From positions 1 to 64,000 of IMG/VR virus record IMGVR_UViG_3300022864_000001: DNA of 64,000 bases; one strand, 5' to 3'. This DNA comes from a virus. Positions 1 through 9,560 of the stretch are shown here, piece after piece; within the stretch, counting starts at the first letter, position 1; every line of letters begins with the position of its first letter. Position numbers and translations under genes: made by a program. The notes below the pieces were generated by a model that saw only the letters and a program-made list of their open reading frames with translations, searched no databases and had not been told where the DNA came from.

Positions 1-47
1 TACACGCGCTGGTCGGGGGGCGCTAGTACAATCGATTGGAGGCTGAC

Positions 48-272
48 ATGAGGCAAAACGGGTTCACCGAGGCAGGCATCAAAAAGATGCTGAACGAGGC
101 CACCGAGCGCATAGCTATGATAGAAGCGGTGCTTGATGACAAAGCACGCGTTGAACACGCGGCGGCCCTAGCTGGGGCATGCGGATATGATATTCGACAG
201 GGGTGGTTTAGGCTTTTCCACTTTTATGAGGCGCAGAGGCTGTTGGCACTAGCCCTACTCAGCGATGCATGA
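48..272 (+). CDS. hypothetical phage protein
   Basis: ORF with GGAGG RBS upstream of ATG 48; no recognisable motif. Confidence 0.6.
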   Translation: MRQNGFTEAGIKKMLNEATERIAMIEAVLDDKARVEHAAALAGACGYDIRQGWFRLFHFYEAQRLLALALLSDA

Positions 273-289
273 GTCTTTGCACAAAGACT
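272..289. promoter_or_regulatory. 16-18 bp palindrome (A)GTCTTTGYRCAAAGAC(T), copy 1 of ~12; putative operator
   Basis: AGTCTTTGCACAAAGACT abutting the -35 box at 289; further copies at 820, 4877, 5249, 7336, 9119, 11395, 18503, 19533, 27961, 39139, 41841. Confidence 0.75.
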
Positions 290-317
290 TGACAAGCGCT
301 CCATAATGTGGTATAAT
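289..317 (+). promoter_or_regulatory. sigma70-type promoter
   Basis: TTGACA-17 nt-TATAAT with TGTG extended -10. Confidence 0.85.
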
Positions 318-336
318 ATAAACAAGGAGAAGCGAT

Positions 337-654
337 ATGCTTGACAACCGTTACTACTTCGTAGATGATGAGGGTATACCCATCAAGGCAACAGACATCC
401 TGGTGTGGGCCAGGCAATGCAGCGTACCAAACAGCCGTGTTGCCCAGACTACCCTTGCCGGCGGGGTAGTAGTCTCAACTATCTTCACGGGGCTAAATTG
501 CATTTGCCCCAAGCTCCCCCCTGTTGTCTTTGAGACTGCTGTATTCAAGGACGGGGAGACTGGAGTAGTACGCCGCTACTCTACGTGGGATGAGGCAGAA
601 GCAGGCCACGCTGAAGAGTGTAGGCAATTGAGGAAGGCAGGGGACGATGGTTAA
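337..654 (+). CDS. conserved-looking phage hypothetical protein
   Basis: AGGAG RBS; VSTIFTGL..FETAVF..RYSTWDEAEAGH pattern typical of small phage proteins. Confidence 0.7.
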   Translation: MLDNRYYFVDDEGIPIKATDILVWARQCSVPNSRVAQTTLAGGVVVSTIFTGLNCICPKLPPVVFETAVFKDGETGVVRRYSTWDEAEAGHAEECRQLRKAGDDG

Positions 655-820
655 CAATCTAGCAAATGCTACATGTATACTCGTTGTTCTCTTCGTCATA
701 CTAGCGCTGGCGAGTCTATTGGCTGATAAGCCAGATCGCGAGGAAGGACAAGCCTTTGCAACTAGTGTTTGGCAGATGGCCGTCGTGTGCCTGCTCGCGA
801 TCATCATTCTCAAAATGTAA
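647..820 (+). CDS. small two-TM membrane protein (57 aa, not in ORF track)
   Basis: Manual translation MVNNLANATCILVVLFVILALASLL...AVVCLLAIIILKM; overlaps previous stop. Confidence 0.55.
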   Translation: MVNNLANATCILVVLFVILALASLLADKPDREEGQAFATSVWQMAVVCLLAIIILKM

Positions 821-847
821 GTCTTTGTGCAAAGACTGGAGGGTAAT

Positions 848-1297
848 ATGAAAGTTACAGCAGAGATGTTGCGGGAGAAGGGCGCTTGCGAGTCTCAGGC
901 GGAGAAGTTTGAGGCTGAATGGCCCAATGGCGTGAAGATCGCTGAGGCCAGCGCGAGGCGGGCAAAGGAACTGGGGCTAAATACCCGTTGGTTTGCTATG
1001 CACTTTCTGGCCCACGGGGCGCTCAAAATCTACTTGGCGGCTGATGCTGCCGCTTGGGCAGTATATGAAGAGGCTACGGCTGCGGAGCGCAAGGCTTATC
1101 TTAGAGCAGCAGACACAACAGAGGAAACCCGTTGGCGGCTGCGATACATGCCTGAAAAAGTCAAGGCCAACCATCCAGCATGGCAAGCCCTTGCTAGGGC
1201 AAAACGAATCTTTACAGAGGCCGCAGCCCCTGCGCTAAAAGCATACTATGCCGTTTCGGCACTGGGATTAGCCCTTGCCGTTGAGGCGACCGACTGA
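848..1297 (+). CDS. hypothetical protein, paralogue family 'MK(V/I)T..LR...AC..Q...F..EWP(N/D)G' (1 of 4)
   Basis: N-terminus aligns with 7367, 19899 and 20276 ORFs. Confidence 0.75.
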   Translation: MKVTAEMLREKGACESQAEKFEAEWPNGVKIAEASARRAKELGLNTRWFAMHFLAHGALKIYLAADAAAWAVYEEATAAERKAYLRAADTTEETRWRLRYMPEKVKANHPAWQALARAKRIFTEAAAPALKAYYAVSALGLALAVEATD

Positions 1298-1637
1298 GAC
1301 ATTGTTTGTGCCGTAATGGCACCAATGAGGGCGCTACGCCACCCGGTACAGGGGGCGGATTATAACGAAAGCCTGAACAGAGCTTCACTATCCATGGCCC
1401 CCTGCTGGCGCTCCATGGGGGCCTAAACCAAGAGAGGAGAGTAGTCATGGTGCTTGAAAAAGATTATCTTGAAGAGGCAAAGGGGGTAGACAGAACAACC
1501 AACAACGTTGCCCCAGAGGATGAGCCTGGTGCTTGCATTGCGTATGGGATATGGACCTACGCTGTTATAGCGCTGGTAGACAGGGTTGACCAGATTGCGC
1601 CGATACTGCAAGACATTTCCAAGAGAGGAGAAAGAAT

Positions 1638-2000
1638 ATGAACGTTCCTGTTGGCATGGAATGTCCACGATGCGGGGAGAGCAAGGCCCATTGGATAATC
1701 CGGATTCACAACGCGGACGGCTGGATGCGCTGCGTGACATGTGGCCAGGAGTACAGGCCCAACAAGGCGGACGCCCCACACGACTGCTCAACCTGTGCAT
1801 TTGCAGACTATCACCCCGCAACGTCAGGGGCGGCACACTTGGGCCAGGCCCCAGAGGAGGCGGTATACGAGTGCTGCCTTTCCGACCTTGTAACAGAGGA
1901 GCACGAACTAGAAGATTGCAGGTGGTGGATAGAAACCTTATGGACGCGTGCGGGAATCCAGTGTTCTACCACGAGGAGGGAACATGCTAGGCAAGTTTAA
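1638..2000 (+). CDS. Cys-rich zinc-ribbon protein
   Basis: CPRC, CVTC, CSTC motifs; GGAG RBS; ATGA overlap with 1447..1641. Confidence 0.65.
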   Translation: MNVPVGMECPRCGESKAHWIIRIHNADGWMRCVTCGQEYRPNKADAPHDCSTCAFADYHPATSGAAHLGQAPEEAVYECCLSDLVTEEHELEDCRWWIETLWTRAGIQCSTTRREHARQV

Positions 2001-2731
2001 CGTGCAAGATTGCCACAATTGCGCCTGGGCCCGAAGCACCAACGTACCACCTACGCTTCGCTACTTTGCAAAGAGGATGCCTGTCTACTGCCCATTCTAT
2101 GGCTACATTAAGGCTAGCGATACTGATCGCGACTGCAAGGATTGGATGCCAGAAGAGGAGGGGCCAGATGACGAGTAGATATTTGCGAATGACTGATGAT
2201 GGATACAAGAACGTGGCCCCGTCACGCCGAGCAGAGGAGATTGACTCGGATGTAGTAGATCGCATGTCGTGCAAGAGATGCGGGAGCCAGATGAGATATG
2301 AGCCGTGGGCAAAGCCAGGCAGCTACGTTGCCTATGCAGTGTGTATGATCTGTCAAAGCGTTGAGGAGTTCTAAGATGATTACAAGTCTCTATGTTTGGT
2401 ATTCTGATCATGCCAATCCCGCCTATCGTGCATGTGTCTATCGGGCCAACGGCAAGGGGCGGATGCGGGAAATTAGCGCCCACAGGGCATACAGCCTGGC
2501 GTTGCTTGCCAACAGGCTCGTCAAACAGCACAAAGTACGCCTCTACCCCTTCTGCAGCGATGGCTGCGTTGGCTGGAGTGCATCGAGGATAGACAAGAGT
2601 TATATGTATTAGGTTTTATTGTTTTCCTCCTTCTTGCGGCGGGTGTCGGCCTGGACACCCGGCATCCGCCCAAGACCAGTACAGGCAGTTGAATGGAGGA
2701 ATAGCAGGATTGCACACTTGACCTCCTGGAT

Positions 2732-2760
2732 TTGACTTTTTTACGGTTCTGTGGTATAAT
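2732..2760 (+). promoter_or_regulatory. promoter of GIY-YIG cassette A
   Basis: TTGACT-17-TATAAT, TGTGG extended -10. Confidence 0.8.
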
Positions 2761-3002
2761 GCAAAAGTGCCAGAATTGGAAAAGGGCTTTCTTTCTGCAG
2801 AAGGCTCAATATAACAATCGTAGAATAACCCCTACGTGCGACGGCTCTCTTCCGACTCTGGCACACAGACAGGCTGACTGCATCGCGTGCGTAGGGGTTT
2901 TCTGTATCAACAGGGGATGCAGAAAATGACAAAGGGTACTTATGAGATTAAGAACAGGTTGGATGGGATGGCGTATGGGGGGAGTTCTGGGGACATTGAG
3001 CA
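2748..3002 (+). repeat. 255-bp exact direct repeat, copy 1 (copy 2 at 14106-14360)
   Basis: Identical by manual comparison: -10 box, leader and first ~25 codons of the GIY-YIG gene. Confidence 0.9.
2761..2905 (+). ncRNA. structured 5' leader / antisense-type RNA upstream of GIY-YIG A
   Basis: 2767-2787 pairs with 2844-2864 (19/21), which lies inside stem 2827-2841/2883-2899 followed by a T-run. Confidence 0.65.
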
Positions 3003-3564
3003 GCGGTGGAAAGGCCATCGCTGGATGCTCCGCAACAACAGGCATCACTGTGCGCACTTACAAAACGCTTGGAACAAGTACGGCGAGGATGTATTTGAAT
3101 TTCGCGTACTTGAAGTGATTAAAGACCCCCAATTGCGTTTAGCGGCGGAGCAGAGGTGGCTTGATGAGCACCACGCCAATAAGACCTGCTATAACATTGC
3201 GATTACAGCGGGGACGGCGGGGCCCATGGCAGAAGAGACGAAGCGCAGGATGAGCATAAGCCACATAGGTAGCAAACATAGCGAACAGACTAAACTCAAG
3301 CAGAGCATAGCCCACCTAGGCGAACTCAACCCCAGTTGGGGGAAGCACCATACTGAAGAGGCCAAGCAAAAACGACGCACGGCCTTGAAGGGCAAGAAGC
3401 GCTTGCCATTTACTGAGGAGCACAAGCAGAATATAAGTAAGGCTAAACTGGGCAAGAAGCTCCAGCCGTTCACCGAAGAGCACAAGCGCAATATAAGCGC
3501 GGCGGTTAAGCGGTGGTGGCTAAAGAAGAAAGCCGCTGATGCTGAAGGCGAAGTGGCAGACTGA
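2926..3564 (+). CDS. GIY-YIG homing endonuclease with NUMOD3 repeats (A)
   Basis: GTYEIKN..YGGSS..IEQRW..H..LQNAWNKYG..F..EQ..YN; C-terminal H(S/T)EE(T/H)K repeats. Confidence 0.9.
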   Translation: MTKGTYEIKNRLDGMAYGGSSGDIEQRWKGHRWMLRNNRHHCAHLQNAWNKYGEDVFEFRVLEVIKDPQLRLAAEQRWLDEHHANKTCYNIAITAGTAGPMAEETKRRMSISHIGSKHSEQTKLKQSIAHLGELNPSWGKHHTEEAKQKRRTALKGKKRLPFTEEHKQNISKAKLGKKLQPFTEEHKRNISAAVKRWWLKKKAADAEGEVAD

Positions 3565-3568
3565 GGAC

Positions 3569-3597
3569 TTGACAAACAGGGCGGCATGTGGTATAAT
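3569..3597 (+). promoter_or_regulatory. sigma70-type promoter
   Basis: TTGACA-17-TATAAT. Confidence 0.85.
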
Positions 3598-4015
3598 GGA
3601 AACGGAACTGAACAGTTGTACAATCGATTGAACAGGGAGGCAATATGAGAACAGAGCGTGACAGAGAAATTGAGTGCGAAGACTGTTTGTGGAACGTGAT
3701 TGATCCCGAGGACGACTACTGTGCCCTCGGAGAATCTGGGCCCGATGCGTCCTGCTTCGTGCCCGCAACCGAAAAGGAGGATGAGGAAGATGACAAAGAG
3801 ACAAATGCAGTTCGCGTGGGATGATGCAGACACAGACAAGGGCGAGTGTGCTCTGTGGTGCGACGAGGAGTTCGTTGAGCAGATCCGCGCCTTGGGGGGC
3901 GTGGCCAGCATTGTGCCAATATACCAGGGGCACTCGTGGCGCGTCACTTTCGACTTGCGCTACGACTGGGTGGGGGTAATGGACGACATCGAGGCTGTTA
4001 TCATGGAGGGGAAAG

Positions 4016-4747
4016 ATGACTGAGCAAAACGAGGGGTACAGCGCTATCACACTAGAAGCCCTGTGGCAGCAAATCAACACCCTGGCCCAGCGCGTAGAAC
4101 AGTTGGCACAGAACGCTCACGGCGAGGCCCCTGAGGTCGTCTGGGGCAGCTTCGTAGACCCCCAGTCGGGCGCAGAGGTACGCATTACACGCCGGACAGG
4201 AAGTACAGACGAGGAATTCAACCGCCTCACCAACGGGGTCATGGACCGTCTCAGGGAGTCAGTTGAGGCGGGATTTATCCCTGTAGCGTCGAGAGATGGT
4301 GTCGCTGCAATAGATCGGTATCGTCGGACCCAACGCAAGAATGGGAAACCGCCGACAGAGGAACCGCCGAGCAGCGTGCAGCCGGAGAAGCCAAGCACCC
4401 TACCATCCGTGCCTGCACCACCACCTGGCCCGCGTGCTGCGAGCGTGCCAACGCCAGCAAGCAAGGGCACGCCAACACAGCCCGATGGAACCGTAGTCAT
4501 TGACGTTGTGGGCCTAGAGAAGGGGACGACGCGCGCAGGTGATGAACTGATCCGGGTCAAGGGCGGGGCGTGGAAACCCTACGGCGTAGCTGCCTATGTG
4601 GAGGTCTACCCCTCCCTGGACCAGTGGACGGACGTTGAGGCAATGGTCATGGGGCAAAACTATCCTGCTACGCAACTGGGGTTACAGGCTGTCGTTGAGG
4701 TCAAAGATGGAAAGGCCAAGCGCGTACTGAGTTTCCACAAGAAATAG
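4016..4747 (+). CDS. hypothetical protein with Pro-rich linker and beta-rich C-terminal domain
   Basis: 243-aa ORF with GGAGG RBS; function not assignable. Confidence 0.7.
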   Translation: MTEQNEGYSAITLEALWQQINTLAQRVEQLAQNAHGEAPEVVWGSFVDPQSGAEVRITRRTGSTDEEFNRLTNGVMDRLRESVEAGFIPVASRDGVAAIDRYRRTQRKNGKPPTEEPPSSVQPEKPSTLPSVPAPPPGPRAASVPTPASKGTPTQPDGTVVIDVVGLEKGTTRAGDELIRVKGGAWKPYGVAAYVEVYPSLDQWTDVEAMVMGQNYPATQLGLQAVVEVKDGKAKRVLSFHKK

Positions 4748-4751
4748 AGTC

Positions 4752-4851
4752 CCTCGCTGCCCTGTTCGCGACCGTGGATGCCCAGACGGAAGAAACTAGA
4801 CACGATGGCGCGGGGCGTCATCGAGCTGGGCTTGGCGGCAGGGCGGCGAGG
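4752..4851 (+). ncRNA. putative structured ncRNA
   Basis: 13-bp closing stem CCTCGCTGCCCTG/CAGGGCGGCGAGG enclosing GCCCAG/CTGGGC and CGATGGCGC/GCGTCATCG helices. Confidence 0.5.
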
Positions 4852-4914
4852 CGCGTAAGATGAAGCGTGCCGGTTGAGTCTTTGTACAAAGACTTGTACA
4901 TATGAGTGAGTCAT

Positions 4915-4997
4915 GGGACATGCACAGTCGGAGTGCTGGGCTATACGTGTACCGGTGAAGACGGTAGCCCCTTGGGGTTCGATTCCTCTGTGTTCCA
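4915..4997 (+). ncRNA. atypical tRNA-like RNA (GAA loop on an extended, bulged anticodon arm)
   Basis: Acceptor GGGACAT/GTGTTCC+A, D-like arm GCAC/GTGC, T arm GGGG-TTCGATT-CCTC, arm GGGCT/AGCCC + 8-nt bulge + ACCG-GTGAAGA-CGGT. Confidence 0.55.
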
Positions 4998-5290
4998 ATG
5001 ACTAGGCCAAGCCTGTGGATGCACCAATCTATACGTGAAGCCAGCTACGTTGGGGAGTACGAGAACCCGGATAAGTCGCAATGCTGGACAGCCTAGACGG
5101 GGTGCTTGGGCAGGCAAATAAACAGGGTTGCGTCAACGCGGCAGCGCTGGGGGATGAAATTCGGGACTGCCAATCTCGACTGCCTGGACGTGAATAAGGC
5201 AGACAACGTGTGGTAGCCGTGTGGGGAAAACGGCACGTAACCCTATAAAGTCTTTGCGCAAAGACTCTACAATAGATTGGAGGAAATGAC

Positions 5291-5551
5291 ATGAAGGGGC
5301 CGCAGAACTACGAGGAGCTACGCAAGTGGGCAAGCGAGGAGATGCGCATAGAGACAGGGGTGCTGGAAGACCGCGCTGATGCCATGAGGAGATTCGCCTC
5401 CTACATGGATGCGTGTGAAGAGTGGTCGCCGGAAACTTACGCAAGCGCCTTGGCAGTGGCTGACATTGAGGATTATGGCGATGACGAGGAGCTAGAGGCA
5501 CTCCACGAGATCGTAGAAAATTGGCCCGCTAAGGAGAAACACGGTGACTAG
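5291..5551 (+). CDS. acidic hypothetical protein
   Basis: GGAGG RBS; in operon with 5544. Confidence 0.65.
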   Translation: MKGPQNYEELRKWASEEMRIETGVLEDRADAMRRFASYMDACEEWSPETYASALAVADIEDYGDDEELEALHEIVENWPAKEKHGD

Positions 5552-5978
5552 CAACAATACAAGCATCAAAGACCGGCTCAGGGCCCTGCCAGATGAACTG
5601 TTCCTGGCAAGAGAGCAGGAGTACGACGCATTCAAGGCCCATCGAGAGATTGAGCAAAAGCTGGAAGAAGAGGAGGTTTTGCTTCTTCAACGTTGCCCGC
5701 CGCTGGGCAAGAATGCTGAGGAACGGAGGCGGTCAAGCACAATTACGCTTATGGGGGATGGCAACATCATTCACTATCGCAACCTTCTACGCAGTACTGA
5801 AGATGCGTTGGCGGCCAGAAAGCGCGACACCCAAAAACTGGCAGATGAGATGGCCGCGCTAGGCCGTCTTGCCTACATAATTCAGAGTGAGAATATCAAG
5901 GATGCCGCAGGAATATTTGGCGCCGCGATTGCAGGGATAAACGTTGGAAAAGGCAGGGCGTTGAGCCCCACATTCTAG
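5544..5978 (+). CDS. coiled-coil hypothetical protein
   Basis: AGGAG RBS, helical heptad pattern. Confidence 0.65.
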   Translation: MTSNNTSIKDRLRALPDELFLAREQEYDAFKAHREIEQKLEEEEVLLLQRCPPLGKNAEERRRSSTITLMGDGNIIHYRNLLRSTEDALAARKRDTQKLADEMAALGRLAYIIQSENIKDAAGIFGAAIAGINVGKGRALSPTF

Positions 5979-6184
5979 GTGAACCCACTTTTAATGGACA
6001 GCACTCTACGCGGCGAGCTGTGGTTGGTTATGAGTTCACAACTTTTTGAGGCCCTCGTTGAGGGCGGGGAATTGGCGGGGCACGTGCTTACTGTGCCCAA
6101 GGGTATTTACGAAGAAGTAAAAGACAACTGGGGGATGATCAGCGGGGCATTTGAGCGAGCAGGATATGACGTGGAGGTGAGGAT

Positions 6185-6742
6185 ATGCGAACGCTAAACG
6201 AGCTAGAACGCGTAATAATCGGAGTAGACCCTGGCATGGGAGTCGGCAAACCCTGCGCTGCGGTCGCTGTTGGCTTCTGGCCGGATGGTGAGGCTACGGT
6301 GCTTGATTGGGCTGACGCATGCATAGAGAAGGGTGACACGCTTGTATTCAGCCTGGTTGGGCGTTGGCAGTGGGAGGTGGTGCGGCTCGTAGAAATCCAA
6401 ATGCAGTCTGGTCTTACACCAGTCTACGTTGTCTGCGAACAAGCTACAGCACGGGGCAAGTTTGGGTTCAAGAATCAGTCACTCGTGTATCACGTTGGAC
6501 AGGTTTGTGACACGCTTGGTGTAACATTCCTGCCGCCGATTTCGCCAACGCGGCTCAAGAAGCTGGTTACGGGCAGCGGCAAGGCCACAGCCGCTGAGGT
6601 AGCCCGCAAAATCAGGGCTGAGGTTATCAATGGGGAGATGTTGCCCAAATCCGCAGGATTCGACCACGAGGCTGCTGCGGGGGCGGCTGTCGCGGGGAAC
6701 AAGGAGCTTGTAGAGGAACTCAATATGGGGGTTGCGATATGA
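6185..6742 (+). CDS. RuvC-like Holliday junction resolvase
   Basis: IIGVDPG, VVCEQ, ISPTRLKKLVTGSGKAT motifs of the RuvC fold; the final acidic motif looks degenerate (DHEAAA). Confidence 0.75.
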   Translation: MRTLNELERVIIGVDPGMGVGKPCAAVAVGFWPDGEATVLDWADACIEKGDTLVFSLVGRWQWEVVRLVEIQMQSGLTPVYVVCEQATARGKFGFKNQSLVYHVGQVCDTLGVTFLPPISPTRLKKLVTGSGKATAAEVARKIRAEVINGEMLPKSAGFDHEAAAGAAVAGNKELVEELNMGVAI

Positions 6743-6864
6743 ACTGGGAACTCGTTGGAAGATGCTGCGTGCGTTTTCTTGTACCTTTTCTTGTGTGTTT
6801 TCTTGTATCCTTTCTTGTATCTTTTATTGTGGCCATCAGCGCCTACGTTGTGAAGAGGGGATAA
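6739..6864 (+). CDS. 41-aa membrane peptide built on a 12-bp tandem repeat (FLVx)4
   Basis: TTTTCTTGTNNN-type units x5 at 6774-6833; ATGA and TAATG overlaps with neighbours. Confidence 0.55.
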   Translation: MNWELVGRCCVRFLVPFLVCFLVSFLVSFIVAISAYVVKRG

Positions 6865-7169
6865 TGACCACCACAGCACGCGTTCTCGTCGTTGCATTTG
6901 GCCTACTGGCGACAGGCGTTACGTTCGTAGCATCGCGTGGCAAACATAGCCCGCTACACTATTTTACTGCCACGTGGGCAATAGCAATGGGAATAGTGAC
7001 GATAATCTGTGGGACACTGGGCTTTGGCCGAGCAAGCATGATGGGTGTCGTTGGCATCGCAGCCTGCTTCGTTACCGTGTTCCTGACAGACAGGCGCGAT
7101 GGATTGACGCCCGCACAATATGCGTTGCGGGTGTTGAAAACGGGATGGAGGCAGAGACATGAATGCTAA
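6864..7169 (+). CDS. membrane protein
   Basis: Three hydrophobic segments. Confidence 0.65.
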   Translation: MTTTARVLVVAFGLLATGVTFVASRGKHSPLHYFTATWAIAMGIVTIICGTLGFGRASMMGVVGIAACFVTVFLTDRRDGLTPAQYALRVLKTGWRQRHEC

Positions 7170-7366
7170 TAACTGGCTGTTTCGTGCAAGCGCTTTTATC
7201 GTTGGGTACATTGTGCTAGAGATAGCAGGCCAATTGGCTAAGGGGAAACGTTACGAGATAGCGCGACCCCCCGCGGTTTTCCTCTATCACTTGGCAATGG
7301 CGTGCCTGCTTGCAGCCATATATTGTAAACTGCAAAGTCTTTGCACAAAGACAGGAGGACAATAAC

Positions 7367-7777
7367 ATGAAAGTCACAGTACAGATGTTGCGGGATGCCT
7401 GGGCCTGCCTAGACCAAGTAGCCATCTTTGCGAAAGAATGGCCTAATGGTATAGAAATTACCGAGGCCAGTACAGCGCGGGCAATCCAATTGGGGTTAGA
7501 CATTCCCTGGTTTGCCCAACAGTTTCTGAGCGGCAACGCGCGGGCAGTTTGGAATGCGGCTGCCAAAACGGCCTACGCGACTTTCCAACAGGCCACAACA
7601 GAGGCGTGGGAAATCTACAAGCGCACAATGTGGCAAGAGCCTACCGAGCGGGCTAGGGCATCAGCCGCCTACGAGAAGGTTGCCAAGCCCGCGGGGGATG
7701 CTTGGGACAGGTCGTGGATTGAGGCATTGGTACTTGCAGTCGAGACAATGGAGGCGTCAAGTGGAATGGACAACTGA
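7367..7777 (+). CDS. hypothetical protein, EWPNG paralogue (2 of 4)
   Basis: MKVTVQMLRDAWACLDQVAIFAKEWPNG; GGAGG RBS. Confidence 0.75.
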   Translation: MKVTVQMLRDAWACLDQVAIFAKEWPNGIEITEASTARAIQLGLDIPWFAQQFLSGNARAVWNAAAKTAYATFQQATTEAWEIYKRTMWQEPTERARASAAYEKVAKPAGDAWDRSWIEALVLAVETMEASSGMDN

Positions 7778-7984
7778 ATGGCCTACAGAGCCAGGCGTTT
7801 ATTGGTTCTATGGGTGGTGCGTTAGCTACAGACGTGTACCGGCTAACTTTTATTGCGTTGAAGTATGGAAGGAAGGGAATAGCATTGGCTATGAAGCTTG
7901 CGGGCACTCTCTATACAAATCCGAAGGCGCAGAGGGTGTTTGGCAGCCAGTACAGTTTCCCGAACCGCCAGAGGAGCAAGAGAC

Positions 7985-8230
7985 ATGAAACGATATACAG
8001 CTTTAGTTTGTGCGTTGGCCGTTCTAGTATTGGCAACGGTGCTGGTAGTCGGGGGTTGCAGCAAGTCAGCCCCTGCGACTGGGGCAGTAGTGACCGGAAT
8101 CAGCATAAGGGGCAGCGGGGTCTATCGCTTTACCGACCTCAACGGTACAGTGACATGCTGGGTATACGGCTATAGGGGCGGCATGTCCTGCATCCCAACG
8201 AAGGATATTGGACATAGCCCGCTTAAGTGA
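7985..8230 (+). CDS. putative lipoprotein
   Basis: MKRY + hydrophobic stretch + VGGC lipobox-like site. Confidence 0.6.
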   Translation: MKRYTALVCALAVLVLATVLVVGGCSKSAPATGAVVTGISIRGSGVYRFTDLNGTVTCWVYGYRGGMSCIPTKDIGHSPLK

Positions 8231-8240
8231 GTTGCTCAAT

Positions 8241-8269
8241 TTGACAAAATCGCGAATCTGTGGTATACT
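8241..8269 (+). promoter_or_regulatory. promoter of GIY-YIG cassette B
   Basis: TTGACA-17-TATACT; spacer identical to that at 14090. Confidence 0.8.
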
Positions 8270-8281
8270 GGGGTAGAATTC

Positions 8282-8417
8282 TGGCAAGATGGAAAGCGGG
8301 CTTTTTCTTTGCAGCATAGCCCAATATACAATCGTAGATTACCCCCTACGTGCCCGCACCAACCCTCTTTTCATCTTGCCATGAGAAGGCTTGCTGCCTG
8401 GCCGTAGGGGGTTTTCT
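8282..8417 (+). ncRNA. structured leader of GIY-YIG B
   Basis: 8282-8300 pairs with 8363-8381 (18/19) inside stem 8341-8350/8403-8412 + TTTCT. Confidence 0.65.
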
Positions 8418-8439
8418 GTATCGACTAAGGATGCAGAAG

Positions 8440-9165
8440 ATGATAGCAGGGATTTATGAGATCAAGAACAGGCTAGACAGGATGGCGTATGGCGGGAGTT
8501 CAGGGAACATAGAGAGGTGGTGGGGGGATCATCGCCGGATGCTTCGTAATGATAAGCATCACTGCATACATTTGCAACGCGCCTGGAACAAGTATGGCGA
8601 GGACGTATTTGAGTTTCGCGTACTTGAAGTAATTGAAGACCACGATGAACGAAGGGCGGCAGAGCAGGAATGGCTTGACATACACCACGCCAATAAGACT
8701 TGCTATAATATTGCGATTACGGTAGGGAATGCAGGGCCTATGGCCAAAGAAACTAAGCAAAAGATCGCTACGCGCCTGACGGGCCACAAGCGCACTAGCG
8801 ACGAGTGCCGCGCGATAAGCGAACGCATGGTGGGCAAGCAATACAGCCTGGACTGCAAGCATACTGATGAGCAGAACCGCGCGAAGAGCGAGCGTATGAT
8901 GGGCCATCCAGTTTCTGACGCGACCAGGCAAAAGATAGGGGCTGGTAACGCTGGACCATATCCTGCATTCATTCACAGAGACACGGGCGAGATCATCCCC
9001 GCTGGCAGAAATATGGAGCGATTGTGCCGAGAGCGCGGGCTGCAACCATCCTGCATGTGTGACGTAAAGAACGGCAAGCAGTCTCATCACAAGGGATGGA
9101 TGCCGCTTATTGAAATGAAGTCTTTGCACAAAGACTTTTCAAAACAGAGAGGAGATATGGAATGA
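8440..9165 (+). CDS. GIY-YIG homing endonuclease (B)
   Basis: GIYEIKN..YGGSS..RW; NUMOD3-like repeats and a different C-terminal HTH-like domain. Confidence 0.9.
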   Translation: MIAGIYEIKNRLDRMAYGGSSGNIERWWGDHRRMLRNDKHHCIHLQRAWNKYGEDVFEFRVLEVIEDHDERRAAEQEWLDIHHANKTCYNIAITVGNAGPMAKETKQKIATRLTGHKRTSDECRAISERMVGKQYSLDCKHTDEQNRAKSERMMGHPVSDATRQKIGAGNAGPYPAFIHRDTGEIIPAGRNMERLCRERGLQPSCMCDVKNGKQSHHKGWMPLIEMKSLHKDFSKQRGDME

Positions 9166-9557
9166 CATATAAGATAGATGATACATCACTTTGCCGTAGT
9201 TGTGGCAAGCCCATAGAGTACATAGGGCCTTATTGGCGGCATACTACTACCAGCCCGCGCCATGACGGCATCCCAACGCCAAGCCTGTCTGCCTTACGAC
9301 ATCCTATACAGCCATTAGGGTTAGATGGGCATGGGACACTTCGTTTCAAAGCTAATGCCATTGTGCGCTTCCTCTTAGATGATGGCCCCAATGACATGAA
9401 CCGCCTGGCCATCATGCAATTCTCGCGCGAAGACCAAGTACAATTCGCGCAACTCATAGGCTACTCACTGAGCGGGTTTGGCGACTTGTCTTACGTTGAC
9501 GATGAGGACTACGAGAGGGCTGCTAGCTGCAAGACTGTGGCGGATTGGAGAAAATAG
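9162..9557 (+). CDS. conserved phage hypothetical protein
   Basis: HPIQPL..RFKANAIVRFLLD..QFAQLIGYSLSGF pattern recalled from phage proteins. Confidence 0.7.
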   Translation: MTYKIDDTSLCRSCGKPIEYIGPYWRHTTTSPRHDGIPTPSLSALRHPIQPLGLDGHGTLRFKANAIVRFLLDDGPNDMNRLAIMQFSREDQVQFAQLIGYSLSGFGDLSYVDDEDYERAASCKTVADWRK

Positions 9558-9560
9558 ACT

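Noticed and set aside
2732-2929. Leader ORFs 2732..2929 and 14090..14287 as genes
   Set aside because: They start on the -35 box itself, upstream of the predicted transcription start, and are not conserved in cassettes B and D.
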